Made by a program: the position numbers and the translations under genes
The notes under the pieces: generated by a model
The model's database searches: none
Told to the model about the DNA's origin: nothing
Seen by the model: only the letters and a program-made list of their open reading frames with translations
Assembly (NCBI RefSeq): GCF_009914755.1
Contig: NC_060925.1
DNA from: the human T2T-CHM13v2.0 reference genome, Homo sapiens
DNA: 64,000 bases
Reading direction: 5' to 3' (one strand)
In this document: one piece after another, positions 61,509-64,000 of the stretch
How the letters are laid out: every line of letters begins with the position of its first letter
Position numbering within the stretch: the first letter of the stretch is position 1

Positions 61509-63215
61509 CCCCAAGAGAGTATAATTTTCTTTCCTGGATTTAGCATCCTGAGATTAGAAATCTGACTGTAGAGATTCTAGTTCAGTCTTGGAGTATTTTT
61601 TTATATTTCTAAAGCTTATAACATTGAGAAGTTTAAGCAATAACTTCCAAACTGCAAGCTTTAAACAAATAGTACTTATGCAATGAAGCAAATACTTATA
61701 CGGTGTGCCCAGGCTGAATGTCACTGGCATATTTTAGCATATTTAATAAAACAACCTTGACTAACCTTAAAAAAGAGAGCAACAACAATAACAAACACCC
61801 ACATCAAAAGAAGAAATCTAGGGCCCTCTGAGCCTTTGTATCCTGCTGCTAGGCAGCCTTCTGAACTTACAAGGGTAACTTACAAGGGTAATGTGCCAGA
61901 CTTTGATCAAATTTGGCCTAGTTATTAGTTCCTTTTGAACCACAGACTTTCAATCCAAGATCATTTAAAGCTCTACTGAACAGCAGCCTGTCTGGTCATT
62001 AAAAAAGAGAAAAGCTGCTGGGTGCCAGGCCAGAACAATAGAAACTAACAAAATACGGGTGATTTTCCTTCTGTTATTTCTCTCTGGTTCAGTGGTTTTA
62101 TGTGGCGAATTGTCATGTCCTCACCCAACACGTTCTACTTCTTTCGAACAGCGTGTTTAACACCTGACCAGCTACATTTCTCCTGTGGTTTGTCTGGCTG
62201 GGTGGCGTGAAGTGAGTCTGTGTGCTAGGGAATAGGGTCTGCTGAGGGCCAGGCTGGCCTTTTGCTTATGTTCCTGGCTCTCAATGGGTCCTGAATGCTT
62301 CACTAAGCACAGGCAATGAGCACCACGGTAAAGTGGGAAGAGATGTTCAAGACTGGGTGCCTACACTCAGCAAGTAGAGAGGTAAGACAAGGACATTAAG
62401 TATGAACAGGCAACTAGAGCATTATAAATTTTACCTCTACCCTATTTCCAAAACATATTTGAAGTAGCTTGAGGAGGCTGTAATAATATATAATGGTTTC
62501 CACTTATTAGGGCTCTGTGCCAGGCACTATAGTAGATGCTGAGACATTAATGCTGCTCATCTTGGGAGGCAGAGATTGTTATTCTGATTTTACAAGTCAG
62601 GAAGCTGAGGCCCAGGTAGGTCAAATAATCTGTCCAAAACCTCATGGTTAAGGGCGGAGGTGGGGTTCATCTCAGGTCTGATGCCAAACCTTTCCACAGC
62701 TGAGGGCTATGATGGAAGAAGGCAAGGACATTTACAGCTGGAGCAATCTAGGAAGGCTTCGTTGAGAAGTTGGACTCTGAGTTGGGGCAGCTTCAGGAGC
62801 CAAGGATTGATGCTGCCTGCAAGTGGTGAGGCAGCTTGGTGACCACCTCAGGGACAGAAGCAGGACGATCCCCAAACCCTCCCTGACTCACAAAGCTTTG
62901 ACGTAGATGCTGCACAGTAGCTACATCAAAACTGCCCTTCCTTTGGTCTCTTTTAAGTCTACTTGTGAACTTGTTGGCATCCATACATGAAAATTTGCTT
63001 GGCCATAGAATTGCCTCTCTGTTCTGATTGTTCCTGTGTCTGCTGCCTCTGACATTAGAAAACCTGAACTAAATAGCATTGAAATTGGACATGAGACAAA
63101 GAAATCAGAGATTTGTTGGCGTTGCTTCAAAGGAAAAGATATTTGGCTTTTCTGGAATCACCTGTTCCCTGTTTACCCTGAGATGGGTAATGATGTCTTC
63201 CATGGACATCCTCAC

Positions 63216-63324
63216 CTGTGAAGGCAGAAGGTCGGAATGCAGCCAAGCGGGGCAACAAATTAAGGATTGTCATTTGGATCAGCGAGTTCTTGCTATTCCT
63301 GCATTTCAGCACCCACTGGCACAC
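63216..63324 (-). CDS. MTOR: MTOR exon 8
   Basis: VCQWVLKCRNSKNSLIQMTILNLLPRLAAFRPSAFT|gtgagg; 109 nt. Confidence 0.97.
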
Positions 63325-63409
63325 CTGAGAGAGGAAGGATAAAGGGTTGGCAGGGGAAAAGTGAGGTGTGGAGCTTAGGAAAAGAGGGAAAGGGCCTCTC
63401 ACCACTTAC

Positions 63410-63685
63410 CTGATCAAATTTCTCCTCCATCAAGTCTCTGCAACACCGGCTCTCCACCAGGGTGGACTTAGCTGGACTGGGGGAGGTCCCAAATCCCATG
63501 AGGCCTTGGTGAGAGCTGTACCCCAGCAGCCCCACCAAGGCATTTGACTGCTGGGGCTGTACAGCCTGGAAACTGGTGAAGGGGGTAATGTGACGAGGTT
63601 TTGTTCCGAAGCCCATGAGATCTTTGCAGTACTTGTCGTGTACCAGCTGCTGCTGTGTGATTTCTTCCATTTCTTCTCTCAGACG
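63410..63685 (-). CDS. MTOR: MTOR exon 7
   Basis: RLREEMEEITQQQLVHDKYCKDLMGFGTKPRH...CRDLMEEKFDQ|gtaagt; 276 nt; followed by an 85-nt intron. Confidence 0.97.
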
Positions 63686-64000
63686 CTATATATATGAGGA
63701 GGAAAAAAATCATCTTTACTTATGACTGGCATTCAAACTGGGCACTGTGGATTCTACAGACAATTACATTTGCCTAATCCCGAAACGCAACTACTTCCAA
63801 AGTGAAGGGTGGCCACTCTTCATGTTTAGGGTTACAATTTCCCCAGAACCTTGCAAGGGACCTGATTTTGTTCTAAGTTAGGCAGAAGAGCACCACCTAT
63901 TGAACAATAAAGCAGCAGCAGAGGGCTGCCTTGCCAAGGGTTCTCACCTCCCAGGACTCCTCACTTGGTTTGGAAGGGCTGACTTGCATACTGCTGTGAC

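Noticed and set aside
61864-61891. 13-bp tandem duplication aacttacaagggt
   Set aside because: Ordinary slippage duplication

Overview
Human (primate) genomic DNA from the MTOR locus on 1p36. The minus strand carries 22 consecutive MTOR coding exons (exons 7-28 by the usual numbering, about aa 281-1418, HEAT solenoid into the start of FAT). All exon lengths and phases join into one open frame. The complete 5-exon ANGPTL7 gene (346 aa) is nested on the + strand inside MTOR intron 28. Introns hold about 50 Alus, old L1M/L2/MIR/MLT1 fragments, MER1B/MER3/MER5A/MER58/Tigger DNA transposon fossils, a U6 snRNA retrocopy and an RPL39 processed pseudogene. Most ORF-track entries are Alu or antisense artefacts. 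The best lead is MTOR intron 25. It has a GC donor, an in-frame canonical GT donor 18 nt downstream, and a 15-bp complementarity between that GT donor and the atypical 3' end of the same intron, which suggests a splicing switch. Other notable items are a ~163-bp non-Alu inverted duplication, several template-switch micro-structures, a TSD-flanked mini-retroposon, and a 5'TOP-bearing RPL39 retrocopy antisense inside MTOR. Gene names, exon numbers and repeat family names come from recall, not from a database search. Repeat boundaries are approximate.
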